Positions 7,898-17,891 of a stretch of 57,575 nt of DNA are shown in pieces. The notes beneath the pieces were generated by a model. The model was not told the DNA's origin, did not search any database, and saw only the letters and a list, made by a program, of their open reading frames with translations. The DNA is from an uncultured virus (IMG/VR IMGVR_UViG_3300035670_000052) (Duplodnaviria > Heunggongvirae > Uroviricota > Caudoviricetes). The position numbers were made by a program, and so were the translations under genes. The stretch covers positions 62,001 to 119,575 of IMG/VR virus record IMGVR_UViG_3300035670_000052. One strand, written 5' to 3'. Each line of letters begins with the position of its first letter. Position 1 is the first letter of the stretch.

Positions 7898-8453
7898 ACC
7901 TATTTGTAATAAATCTTGCATATGGTAATTCTCTTAAAGAAGAAAATTCATATAAAGAAACTGGAAATAAAGGACTTGCAACTTCTGGATAGGTATACTG
8001 TCTTATTTTACCCCAATGATAATTAAATCCAAAAAACCCGTTTTCGGTTTTGTTTCCAGCCAATATTAGAGGATGGCGATCATAAACTATCTTTGGTGTT
8101 TTTGCATAATAAACAAAAGTATAATACTTACCAGAAGAAATGGTATTAGATTCTTTTTCCGATAAAGCTTCTATAATTGCATCCATAAGTTCTTCTGGAC
8201 TTTCAGTTCCATATAAACTGTTAACCAATCTTTGAATTCTATTTTCTGGTTTATTTTGGATTTTTGGATTTGCATTTTTATAATCCGTATCATTTTTAAT
8301 AATTTCAATTAATTTTTCTTTTGATAACTTAGAATATCCAGTAGTTTTTCCTTGACCAGATTCTCCAATATAGTAAATTGTATGGTTCTTTGCAATTTCA
8401 ACTAACTCATTTTTTGTGTATTGCTCTAAAGGCTTTTCGTATCCTGATATCAT
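7896..8453 (-). CDS. DNA end protector gp2-like protein with N-terminal helical extension
   Basis: GKYYTFVYYAKTP...YDRHPLI...GFFGFNYHW; located between gp4 and gp48. Confidence 0.65.
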   Translation of the reverse strand: MISGYEKPLEQYTKNELVEIAKNHTIYYIGESGQGKTTGYSKLSKEKLIEIIKNDTDYKNANPKIQNKPENRIQRLVNSLYGTESPEELMDAIIEALSEKESNTISSGKYYTFVYYAKTPKIVYDRHPLILAGNKTENGFFGFNYHWGKIRQYTYPEVASPLFPVSLYEFSSLRELPYARFITNR

Positions 8454-8890
8454 TTAATGATTCCTAATTCGTCTTCTGTAAAAATTTTAAATTCCCAATT
8501 TCTATCCTCACAAAATTCTTTAGCAGCTTTCCATTTTTCTTGGTTCTTAGCCCATTCAGTGACTTCAAAAATATATCCTTTTGTTTTTCTTTTTTGCGGA
8601 ATTGGTTCTATTGTTTGCTTTTTAGGTTTTATCTCAATAATATATTTTTTAATTTTTCCATTTGATTCTTTTACTTTAACATAAAAGTCTGGGAAGTATC
8701 TATGAATTTTTCCATCTAAAGGTGAGCGATATGGTAATGCAATTTCTTCACTTCCCCATTCAAGAACATTTTGATTCAAATCGCAATACTTCATAAATTT
8801 TCTTTCCCACAATGATCTATAACAAATATTTGTTGGATCACCCTTGTATTTTTGTGGATAAGTAGGTTTATATTTTCCCTTATATGACAT
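8450..8890 (-). CDS. gp4: Head completion nuclease gp4
   Basis: KYKGDPTNICYRSLWERKFM, HRYFPDF, IEIKP, FKIFTE. Confidence 0.93.
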   Translation of the reverse strand: MSYKGKYKPTYPQKYKGDPTNICYRSLWERKFMKYCDLNQNVLEWGSEEIALPYRSPLDGKIHRYFPDFYVKVKESNGKIKKYIIEIKPKKQTIEPIPQKRKTKGYIFEVTEWAKNQEKWKAAKEFCEDRNWEFKIFTEDELGIIK

Positions 8891-8929
8891 CTAAATAGTT
8901 AATAACTAAAACTACCTTAAGGTATTTAG
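8891..8929. promoter_or_regulatory. Pair of divergent late promoters
   Basis: CTAAATA on + (8891-8897) and on - (8923-8929) between divergent late genes. Confidence 0.55.
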
Positions 8930-8930
8930 A

Positions 8931-9752
8931 GTGTCATATCCTCGTAGAATATCCGATATTAAACCTCTTTTTACAAATCTTGCCCAAACATCTCACTATG
9001 AAGTTCAATTCGGGGGTCTTAGTAGAGAATTATTGGCTTATCTTGCGGTAAGAGGAGTTGATGCTGGATTTATATATCGCGATGCGGGGCTTTTGTGTTC
9101 TTCCACAAGTATTCCAACATTTCAACTTGGATCTGGTGAAATTTATAATCACATTGGAGTTCAAGAAAAATTTGCATATTCAAAAAATTATTCACAAGTG
9201 AGTATGGAATTTTATGTTGACAACGATTATAAAATAATAAAATTTATGGAACATTGGATGGAATTCATTAGTAGTGGATCTCATAATCCAATAGATGGGG
9301 TTTCTCCTCCAGTTGGTCAAGAGTCATCAGCTTATTTTGTTAGGATGCAATATCCATCATATTATAAATCTGATTCAACAAAACTTATAAAATTTGAACG
9401 TGATTATTTTAGCGAAATAGAATATAACTTTATTGGACTTTTTCCACTGAGCATATCTTCAATGCCTGTTTCTTATACTGCTTCAAATATATTGACAATG
9501 GGTGTCACTTTTCAATTTGATCGATATATTGCTGGAAGAAAAACAAGTGACTCTATATATCAGAGCACTGATAATAATAAACAAGCTACTCAAATACAAA
9601 CACAACAAGATCCAGGAAAAGAACCTCTTGTTCCAATTTCTCCTGGTGCTGCTGGAGCAGGTGGTGTTAGATTTGTAAGAAGAGGATCTACTCCTTATGA
9701 AACTGCATCTGAACAATATTTTGATATTCAAGGAACACGCAGAGCTCCATAA
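8931..9752 (+). CDS. Tail tube / baseplate-tail tube initiator (gp54/gp19-like)
   Basis: GTG start; LAQTSHYEV, FYVDNDY..IKFMEHW, YNFIGLFPLSI. Confidence 0.75.
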   Translation: MSYPRRISDIKPLFTNLAQTSHYEVQFGGLSRELLAYLAVRGVDAGFIYRDAGLLCSSTSIPTFQLGSGEIYNHIGVQEKFAYSKNYSQVSMEFYVDNDYKIIKFMEHWMEFISSGSHNPIDGVSPPVGQESSAYFVRMQYPSYYKSDSTKLIKFERDYFSEIEYNFIGLFPLSISSMPVSYTASNILTMGVTFQFDRYIAGRKTSDSIYQSTDNNKQATQIQTQQDPGKEPLVPISPGAAGAGGVRFVRRGSTPYETASEQYFDIQGTRRAP

Positions 9753-9755
9753 ATA
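9748..9755 (+). promoter_or_regulatory. T4-like late promoter
   Basis: CATAAATA upstream of gp26. Confidence 0.6.
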
Positions 9756-9780
9756 ATCATACTGAACTTTGCAGGTTATT

Positions 9781-10500
9781 ATGCCTTTACCAAAAATTTC
9801 TACACCAACATATGAGTTGGAAATACCATCATTAAAAAAAACGATTAAATATAGACCTTTTCTTGTTAAAGAAGAAAAAATCTTAATCATTGCAATGGAA
9901 AGTGAAGATACAAAACAAATTGCCGAAGCGGTAAAAACAGTAATTGGAAATTGTATTCTTACACGAGGAATTAAAATTGAAAATCTGGCAACATTTGATA
10001 TTGAATACCTCTTCTTAAATATTCGTGGAAAATCAGTAGGAGAAAATGTTGATATTTTGATTACTTGTCCGGATGATGGAAAAACACAAGTTCCAGTGAG
10101 TATTAATTTGGATGAAATAAAAGTACAAATTGGAAAAGATCATTCTAGAGATATAAAGCTTGATGATAAATTAATTCTTCGAATGAAATATCCATCCATG
10201 GAAGAATTCATTAAAAGTAATTTTTTAAATGAAAATAGTATTAGTGTAGATGATACTTTTGATTTAATATGTTCATGTATTGAGCAAGTTTATGATGAAG
10301 AAGAATCATGGGCAGCATCTGATTTTACAAAAAAAGAACTTGTTGAATTTTTGGAGCAATTAACTTCAAATCAGTTTAAATTAATTGAGAAATTTTTTGA
10401 AACAATGCCAAAACTTTCTCACACTTTAACAATTAAAAATCCAAATACAGAAAATGAAAATACAATCGTATTGGAGGGTTTATCAAGTTTTTTCGCCTAG
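9781..10500 (+). CDS. gp26: Baseplate hub assembly protein gp26
   Basis: MPLPKISTPTY, YRPFLVKEEKIL, FDIEYLFLNIRGKSVGE, FFETMPKL. Confidence 0.92.
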   Translation: MPLPKISTPTYELEIPSLKKTIKYRPFLVKEEKILIIAMESEDTKQIAEAVKTVIGNCILTRGIKIENLATFDIEYLFLNIRGKSVGENVDILITCPDDGKTQVPVSINLDEIKVQIGKDHSRDIKLDDKLILRMKYPSMEEFIKSNFLNENSISVDDTFDLICSCIEQVYDEEESWAASDFTKKELVEFLEQLTSNQFKLIEKFFETMPKLSHTLTIKNPNTENENTIVLEGLSSFFA

Positions 10501-10502
10501 CG

Positions 10503-10676
10503 ATGGCGCATGAAAATCTTGCGTCATACTATAAAACAAATTTTGCTTTAATTCAGCATCATAAATATTCTTTGACAGAATTAGAAAATATGATACCTTG
10601 GGAAAGGGAAGTTTATATTTCTCTTCTCCAGCAGTATATTGAAGAAGAAAACCTAAAGAATCAAACGAATGGCTGA
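10503..10676 (+). CDS. gp51: Baseplate hub assembly catalyst gp51
   Basis: 57 aa, not in the ORF track: MAHENLASYYKTNFALIQHHKYSLTELENMIPWEREVYISLL. Confidence 0.88.
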   Translation: MAHENLASYYKTNFALIQHHKYSLTELENMIPWEREVYISLLQQYIEEENLKNQTNG

Positions 10677-12417
10677 GGTTGATTTAAATTCGGTTGCTAC
10701 TGCTGGGGTTGATCCAATTACAGGATCTCCTTTATCTAAAGAAGTGCGTCAAGCAATATTTAATAAAACAAGAATTTCTAGCTCAGCCTTCACATCAGAT
10801 AGTAGATTTGTATCACAATATACTCAAGATAATAATAAAAATTTAGAACTTATTGAAAATAATAGGCAATCATTAATAACTCTTGATTCACAGATTCAAA
10901 ATTTAAATCAACAAATTGTAAATTTAAATTCTGGATTAGATAAAATTTCTACATTATTGCAGGAAGATAGTTTTGCCGACCAAAAGAGAATTAATGATCA
11001 ACTTGAAAAAGAAAGAAGATATGCCGAACAAAAAATAAGAATTGGAAAAGAGAATGAAGTTGAAAATAAAATACAATCTGCTGTTTTACTTCCAGTACAA
11101 AGGATAGCACCAAAGGTTGAAAATATTTTTGATAATACTAAACGAGCATTATTAATTCTTTTTAGTGGATGGTTAACAAACGAAATAGTTAAATTATTTG
11201 ATGCAAAGCAAAGAGGAGATACTGATAGTCTAAGAGATATTAAAAATAATATCTTAAAACATTTAGGTATAGCTGGAGGAATTTTATTAGCTATTAATGG
11301 TGGATTTAGTGTTATTATTAAAACAATGGGAACCGTTATTACAAAGGTATCATCATTAATTGGGAAAACAATTACCGCACCATTTAAAGCAACTGCAGAT
11401 GCTGCAAAAAGTATTTTTAAAAAATCTCCAAAAACAAGCAATATTAAAGGAGAGGCTTCTGCTACGGAAAGAAGTATTGCATCATCTGCGGAAAAGGGAA
11501 TTGGAAGTAAAGTCTTATCAGGAACTGGAAAGGCATTAACATCAGTTGGTGGTGCAGCTCTTACTACATTTTTTGGAGTTTCTGAGTTTAAAGAAAGAAA
11601 GTCTGAAGGACAAACAAATATTGAAGCTGGCGCCGGAACTGCTGGAAGTTTATATGGTTCTAGTCTTGCAACTGGATTTGCATCTAAATTACCGTTACCT
11701 CCTATCATTAAATTTCCATTGATGATTGGTGCTGGAATTGGTGGATGGATGGGAGGTGGAAAACTAGTAGATACTTTTACTGGTGCAAATCAACCAAAAT
11801 TATCTGAAGATGTAAAAAGCACATCTCCACCACCTTTACCTCAACCAAAATCATCTAAAGAAGCTTCCGTTACTTCTATTATTCCACCGTTATCATCAAA
11901 AGAAAATAATGCACCTCAGGTTATTCAACCTTCAACAAATCAATTGAGTGCAACTAAAATTCAACCACAAACTCCATTGGCATCAGAAGTTGCTAATTTT
12001 TCTTTTGGAATTGATAAATCTAATCAAATTAACACAAATTTTGAAGGACTTGAAAGTTCTTTCACTTCAAAAAATCAACCTCAAGAAATTGAAAATGTAA
12101 GCAATAATAATAAGTTATCTCAATCATTCTTTGAAACTCAATCTCAAACTTCTAAAAAAGATGATAATAAATTTAGTGCAAATATAGAACCTTTGCAAAT
12201 TAATAATATACCAAAACAAGCTCCTAATATTGGAACTTTACCGGAGCCAAAGCCAAACGTTATTGTTGCACAAAGTTCTCAACCAAAAAATCAAATGCCA
12301 ATTCAATCATCCTCACAAAGTGATGAAAGTGTAACTGATATTCCATTGATAAAATCATCAAATCCAGATAATTTTTATATATTATATTCACAATTAAATT
12401 ATAACGTGGTAACGTAA
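10669..12417 (+). CDS. Putative tape-measure/baseplate hub protein (gp29-like position)
   Basis: Coiled coil plus Gly/Ala-rich hydrophobic helices; directly follows gp26/gp51. Confidence 0.55.
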   Translation: MAEVDLNSVATAGVDPITGSPLSKEVRQAIFNKTRISSSAFTSDSRFVSQYTQDNNKNLELIENNRQSLITLDSQIQNLNQQIVNLNSGLDKISTLLQEDSFADQKRINDQLEKERRYAEQKIRIGKENEVENKIQSAVLLPVQRIAPKVENIFDNTKRALLILFSGWLTNEIVKLFDAKQRGDTDSLRDIKNNILKHLGIAGGILLAINGGFSVIIKTMGTVITKVSSLIGKTITAPFKATADAAKSIFKKSPKTSNIKGEASATERSIASSAEKGIGSKVLSGTGKALTSVGGAALTTFFGVSEFKERKSEGQTNIEAGAGTAGSLYGSSLATGFASKLPLPPIIKFPLMIGAGIGGWMGGGKLVDTFTGANQPKLSEDVKSTSPPPLPQPKSSKEASVTSIIPPLSSKENNAPQVIQPSTNQLSATKIQPQTPLASEVANFSFGIDKSNQINTNFEGLESSFTSKNQPQEIENVSNNNKLSQSFFETQSQTSKKDDNKFSANIEPLQINNIPKQAPNIGTLPEPKPNVIVAQSSQPKNQMPIQSSSQSDESVTDIPLIKSSNPDNFYILYSQLNYNVVT

Positions 12418-12418
12418 T

Positions 12419-14410
12419 ATGGCTATATCTGATTCCCTTAGAATTTCTATACTATCCTCACAAAATGTAGGTAGATCTGTTAGTCAATCAAAATCACAAT
12501 TATTAAGATCAAATATTTCTTTAAATAAAATATCTCAAGTTATATCAAATAATACCAAACAAAAAGAAAGTATTGCGTATAAATCAAATATTTTAGATTT
12601 AAAAAGGAGAGAAGCATCTAAAAGAAAAGAAATAGAAGATAGAATTGAAGCTTCTAATGTTACTACAAATGCATTTTCTTATTCTGCTCGTTCTATAGTT
12701 AATTCTACTTCTGGTGGTCCACTAAAACGTTTAATTTCATTTCTTGGTTTTATAACTGCTGGTTGGCTAGTTGAAAATCTACCAACAATTATTTTTACCG
12801 GAAAAGAATTTATTTCCAGAGTATTAAAACTTTCTAATTTAATAACATCTTTTGTAAGTAATACATTTTCAATTATTACTAATTTTGGTTATTTACTTCA
12901 AAGCGTATCTTCAAATATTTTATCTCTTGATTTTACTGATAAATCAGAAAAAATTAAAAATTCATTTAATGAATTGAATTTATCAATAGAATCTGTAAAT
13001 AATGATATAATAAACGCTTATAAGTTATTAACCGCTCCACTTACACAATCTTCTGATGTTGAAGAAGAGGCTCCCGATTCTTTATACCCACAACCATATC
13101 AACCACCAGGACAACAATCTTCTTCTGGATCTGGTGGTTTTGGTGGATCCGGTCTTTCAAAAGGCACTCAAATCGCAAAGAGATTGCAAAAAGATCTAGG
13201 ACTTAAAGATTATCAAGCCTCTGCGGTTGTTGGAAATTTATTACAAGAAAATACCAATCTAGTTCCAGATTTACTTGAAGGTAGTAAAAAAGGTCTTTTA
13301 ACTGATGCGATGAGAAAGGGTATTGGGTATGGATGGGCACAATGGACAGATCCTGGTAGACAAAAAGAATTATATCAACTTGCTCAAAGTATGGGAGTCG
13401 ATCCTTCTAAACAACCTTTAACTGATGAAATTAATTATGCGATGTTAGTTAGAGAACTTCCAAGATATGATAGTGGTGGTAGATTTCGCAATTCAAAGAG
13501 CATAGAAGAAGCATCGAATTGGATTTTATTTCAATATGAAAATCCTGCAGATAAAAGTGCTAGGGAACAAAGTGAAAGAATTAATGATAGTAAAAAAGTT
13601 TTTCAAACATTAAAATCTGCCCCATCATCAACTATATCACAAACACCAACAGCACCACCAAGACCAATATCTACTGGAACAATGAATTTGATTCCACAAA
13701 CTGGAGCGGGTGGTTTTATTCAAGGTGGTTCTGGATCAAATGAAATGAGCTATGCTACACATTTTCATTTAGATTATAAATCTAAAACAAATGATCCATC
13801 AATTCTTTCTAGAATACGTGAAGTAGCATTCCATGCAGTAAAATCAATGTTTGCTAGAGGATCTACTGTTTATTTTGGAAACTTAGGACAGTTTGCATCT
13901 AAAAATGATATTGCTCTCAAAAATCAAATTATGGCAGAGCAAAAAGCTCATGGAGCTAGAAGCACTATGTCTGTTGATATACAAGAGCAAAATCGATCAA
14001 TTCAAAGAACTTTTCCATCTCAACCAGGCTCTGCATCAAAGTTCCCTTTTCAGGTTGGAGCTGTTTATTGGAGAGGTGGATATGGAAGAGAAGCAGAAAT
14101 TATAGGAAGTGGTGGAATAACAGTATCTCATGGTGCTGCTGGTTCTAAAGGTGTAGAAAGTTTTCCTACATCTAGAACAACAAAACCAGATTTATATCCC
14201 ACAGTAAAAACAGAAATACCTAAAACTATAACTCCAGAAAGACAGGGACAACAAGTTTTAATTGTAGATGTTCCTTCTTCAGATCAACAAGTAAAACCAC
14301 AAACACAAATGGTGAGTAAAAAAGAACAATATTCTCAAGAAATTGATGAGATTTATTTGTTAAATAAATTTATAAAACAGAAATTTTTGCTAGAATTAGC
14401 TTATCTATAA
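12419..14410 (+). CDS. Virion protein with phage tail lysozyme domain
   Basis: QASAVVGNLLQEN...GYGWAQWTDPGRQ...YENPA (Phage_lysozyme2-like). Confidence 0.8.
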   Translation: MAISDSLRISILSSQNVGRSVSQSKSQLLRSNISLNKISQVISNNTKQKESIAYKSNILDLKRREASKRKEIEDRIEASNVTTNAFSYSARSIVNSTSGGPLKRLISFLGFITAGWLVENLPTIIFTGKEFISRVLKLSNLITSFVSNTFSIITNFGYLLQSVSSNILSLDFTDKSEKIKNSFNELNLSIESVNNDIINAYKLLTAPLTQSSDVEEEAPDSLYPQPYQPPGQQSSSGSGGFGGSGLSKGTQIAKRLQKDLGLKDYQASAVVGNLLQENTNLVPDLLEGSKKGLLTDAMRKGIGYGWAQWTDPGRQKELYQLAQSMGVDPSKQPLTDEINYAMLVRELPRYDSGGRFRNSKSIEEASNWILFQYENPADKSAREQSERINDSKKVFQTLKSAPSSTISQTPTAPPRPISTGTMNLIPQTGAGGFIQGGSGSNEMSYATHFHLDYKSKTNDPSILSRIREVAFHAVKSMFARGSTVYFGNLGQFASKNDIALKNQIMAEQKAHGARSTMSVDIQEQNRSIQRTFPSQPGSASKFPFQVGAVYWRGGYGREAEIIGSGGITVSHGAAGSKGVESFPTSRTTKPDLYPTVKTEIPKTITPERQGQQVLIVDVPSSDQQVKPQTQMVSKKEQYSQEIDEIYLLNKFIKQKFLLELAYL

Positions 14411-15741
14411 TGTCAATAAAAAGATCAGTATTTGAAGGGTTTATTTTAGAATCAAACGATCAGAAAAGAACAGTTGATATTACTTCTGGTGCAATTGTTT
14501 TTGAATATTTTGAAGATATTTTTTCACCAACAATTACTGCAAAAGTAAAAGTAGTTAATACTGGAAACGTAATACCTTCTGAAAAAAATTCTGATGGTGT
14601 TAAACAATCAATTTACAATGGCCTTCCTCTTCGTGGTGGTGAAAGGTTGTCTATAAAAATATCTGGTAACAGTGAAAAAAATCCAGGATTAGATTTTTCA
14701 AAAAAAGTTGAAGATTATTTTTATGTATCAAGTATTACAGATGTAATTTCAGAAACGCAAAAAGAAAGTTTTACGTTACATTTAGTTTCTAGAGAAGCAA
14801 TTACCAACGAAACATCTAGAATTCCAAAAAAATATCCTACATCATCAAGTATTGATACTTCAGTTAGAAAAATATTAACAGAATATTTAAAAACTAATAA
14901 ATTTGGAATAATTGATAAAACATCCAATAAGTATGGATTTATTGGCAATATGCGAAAACCATTTACGATTTTAATATGGCTAGCATCAAAATCTGTACCA
15001 GTATCATCTGGGGATGGTACTGCAGGATTTTTATTCTACCAAACAGTAGATGGATTTCAATTCAGATCAATTGATGGATTGATTGACCAAGAACCAAAGG
15101 CAATTTACACATATAGTGAAGCTACAGTTACATATGATTCCGAAAATACAAAAAATGATAATGATTTTAAAATATTAAATTATATTGTTGATAGGAATCA
15201 AAATTTAATTGAAAAATTAAGAACCGGGACGTATTCGAGTCAAAGATTATTTTTTAATCCATTGGACTTTAATTTTTCAAACAGTGTATTTAAATTAAGT
15301 GATTATATCAAAAAAACAAATAATCTTGGATCAGAAATAAAATTGCCGAAAATTTCAAATAGTTCCAACATTGGTCTAGGTGATATTCCAACAAGAATTA
15401 TGAGCCAAATTATTGATATTGGTATTATGGATCCTGATGTTTCTACCAAACCAAATGCAGATCCAGGAAAATATCAATCTCAAGCCTTAATGAGATACAA
15501 TATTTTATTTACTCAATCTTTAAGTATCATAGTACCATCAAATACTAATTTGAGAGCAGGTGATATTATTGAATGCAATTTCCCAAAAATTTCTGAAAGT
15601 GATTCAAAAGAATATGATCCAGAAACAAGCGGTCTATATATGATAAAAGAATTATGCCATCATTTTGATGTTGAAAGATCATATACATCAATGAAACTTG
15701 TTAGAGATACTTTTGGACCAAAATCGAACACAAAAAAATGA
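14410..15741 (+). CDS. Baseplate hub protein (gp27-like)
   Basis: YFEDIFSPTITA, LPLRGGE, GFLFYQT.DGFQFRSID, SGLYMIKELCH; upstream of gp5. Confidence 0.7.
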   Translation: MSIKRSVFEGFILESNDQKRTVDITSGAIVFEYFEDIFSPTITAKVKVVNTGNVIPSEKNSDGVKQSIYNGLPLRGGERLSIKISGNSEKNPGLDFSKKVEDYFYVSSITDVISETQKESFTLHLVSREAITNETSRIPKKYPTSSSIDTSVRKILTEYLKTNKFGIIDKTSNKYGFIGNMRKPFTILIWLASKSVPVSSGDGTAGFLFYQTVDGFQFRSIDGLIDQEPKAIYTYSEATVTYDSENTKNDNDFKILNYIVDRNQNLIEKLRTGTYSSQRLFFNPLDFNFSNSVFKLSDYIKKTNNLGSEIKLPKISNSSNIGLGDIPTRIMSQIIDIGIMDPDVSTKPNADPGKYQSQALMRYNILFTQSLSIIVPSNTNLRAGDIIECNFPKISESDSKEYDPETSGLYMIKELCHHFDVERSYTSMKLVRDTFGPKSNTKK

Positions 15742-17891
15742 TAGATCAATCATTACTTCAAAGTAATTTTATAGGAAGAGATGGATTTAAATGGTGGGTT
15801 GGACAAATTCCACCAATTGATTCTAATGGAAAGCAGTCAAATGGTGGCGGTTGGGGAAATAGAACAAAGGTTCGTATTTTTGGTTATCACCCTTACAATA
15901 CCACTGACCTTTCAAATGATGATCTTCCATGGGCTCAGATTCTTTTACCAACGACCTCTGGATCTGGTGGAGCAAATTATGCAGTAAATCCAAAACTTAG
16001 ACCTGGGGATGTTGTTTTTGGCTTTTTTCTTGATGGAGATAATGCACAAACTCCAGTAATTATTGGTTGTTTTGGTAGAACTGATCAAGTACCAAGTAAC
16101 GAATTTATAGCCCCATTTGTACCCTTTACTGGTTATACTAATAAAGTTTCTAGACCTAATGGATCTTTATATCCAAGTGAAGCAAGTGAAGATAATACTA
16201 AAGCTCAAAAATCCCCAAGAGATGTTCCCCCTTCGGTTATTGAAAAAATAAATTCCACAAAAGAAACTAAGGATGAGATTCCTTATTTTACTGGAGTTGG
16301 AAAAAAGATTGTATTTGCAAATACTTGCGATGATACTGCAATTAAAGGAATAATATCAGAAGTTACAAATTTATTAGATAAAGTACAAAATGGGTTAAGT
16401 AAAGTATTAAATGTTGCAAATGAAATAAGTCGTTCTGTTGAAAAAATAGTTTCAATTGCAAATAATATTGTTGGACAAATGTTCAATTCTCTTTATAATG
16501 CTTTAATACCAGTTCTTCAGAAAGGTCTAGATTTATTATATAAACAAGTTTATGCAAAAGTTCTTGCATTAACTTCAAATCCAATCGCAGCTCATTTAGC
16601 TGGAGTAGCAGCTCAAACTGCAATGGTTCCACCTGTTAAAACTCTAGAGCAAGCAATTCCTTGCGTAGCATCAAATGTTGTTAATGCTCTTGGTGGAGTT
16701 GTAAAAGATCTTTTAAATTCTGTTTTAAAAAATGTTGAAAATTTTGTTACATGTGTGGGTACTCAATTTGCAGGGACACTTATTAATCAAATTATAGAAA
16801 GCATTATGAGTGGTCTTTCGGGAGCTTTAAATGGTGTATCCAAAATATTATCTCCAGCATTTAATATTGTAAGTTTTTTACGTAGTGGAATTGATATTAT
16901 TAAATCAATTGGAGGATTATTTGATTGTAATCAATCCAAAACCAAATGTTCTGGTTTAGTCAAAGAATGGACAATTGGAAAAGGTGCAAAAAGTAGTGAA
17001 AATGAAAATGATTTGTTCAATAAAATAGTAAATGATATGAATGTTTCGGGATCTATTGGTCAAATTGATTTTGACCCATTTAATAAAGTAAGGAATGCAT
17101 CATTATATGATCCATTGGGATCATGTTATGTTGGAGAACCCATTTCTTGTGGTCCCCCTAAAGTTAAAATATTTGGTGGTGGTGGTTCAGGTGCAGTAGC
17201 CACTGCAATTTTAGGATCTTTTGCCAATAATATTTTGGGTGACGGTACAATTACTAGTCAAAGAACCGCCAGTATTATAGGAGTTAGACTTGACAATCCA
17301 GGTTCTGGTTATAGATACCCTCCTTTTGTAGAATTTGTTGATAATTGTAATCAAGGTTATGGTGCTGTTGCCAGATCATTAATAAATGAAAATGGGGAAA
17401 TAACTCAAATTTATATGGTTTCTGAAGGTGAGAACTATCCAGTTGGTGAAATTAATATAGACTCTTCTTCTCCTATTGCAGAAACAGATCCACAATATAA
17501 TACTTATGGCGTTATTAAAGTTTCTGTTGTGGATGGTGGTAGAGAATATTCGGCTATAGATTTTGGCACAGATGATTATGGAAATGTTTATAATTTAACA
17601 ATAGATGAAGAGACAGGTTCTATAATTAGTGCTGAGCCAGAATTACGACCATTAGTTAATCCTGAAGATTCTGGAGTTCCTTTACCAAATTCCCAATCCC
17701 CAGAACAAACTGTTATTAGAACTTTAATACCTTCGGAAGGTAGAGAAATAAATACTAATATAATATCAGATTTACCAGTTATAACAGTTAAATCTAAAAC
17801 TGGGGTTGGGGCAGTATTAAAGCCAATTATTGGTCAGATTTCAAATTCTCCTCAAGGAGAACTCAAAATAGTTGTTGATTGTGTAACATAA
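15738..17891 (+). CDS. gp5: Baseplate hub/spike protein gp5 (N-terminal OB fold)
   Basis: WWVGQI, RTKVRIFGYH, DDLPWA, VFGFFLDGDNAQTPVI. Confidence 0.85.
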   Translation: MIDQSLLQSNFIGRDGFKWWVGQIPPIDSNGKQSNGGGWGNRTKVRIFGYHPYNTTDLSNDDLPWAQILLPTTSGSGGANYAVNPKLRPGDVVFGFFLDGDNAQTPVIIGCFGRTDQVPSNEFIAPFVPFTGYTNKVSRPNGSLYPSEASEDNTKAQKSPRDVPPSVIEKINSTKETKDEIPYFTGVGKKIVFANTCDDTAIKGIISEVTNLLDKVQNGLSKVLNVANEISRSVEKIVSIANNIVGQMFNSLYNALIPVLQKGLDLLYKQVYAKVLALTSNPIAAHLAGVAAQTAMVPPVKTLEQAIPCVASNVVNALGGVVKDLLNSVLKNVENFVTCVGTQFAGTLINQIIESIMSGLSGALNGVSKILSPAFNIVSFLRSGIDIIKSIGGLFDCNQSKTKCSGLVKEWTIGKGAKSSENENDLFNKIVNDMNVSGSIGQIDFDPFNKVRNASLYDPLGSCYVGEPISCGPPKVKIFGGGGSGAVATAILGSFANNILGDGTITSQRTASIIGVRLDNPGSGYRYPPFVEFVDNCNQGYGAVARSLINENGEITQIYMVSEGENYPVGEINIDSSSPIAETDPQYNTYGVIKVSVVDGGREYSAIDFGTDDYGNVYNLTIDEETGSIISAEPELRPLVNPEDSGVPLPNSQSPEQTVIRTLIPSEGREINTNIISDLPVITVKSKTGVGAVLKPIIGQISNSPQGELKIVVDCVT

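Noticed and set aside
10998..11708. 236-aa minus-strand ORF
   Set aside because: Antisense shadow of the tape-measure-like gene; no recognisable motifs
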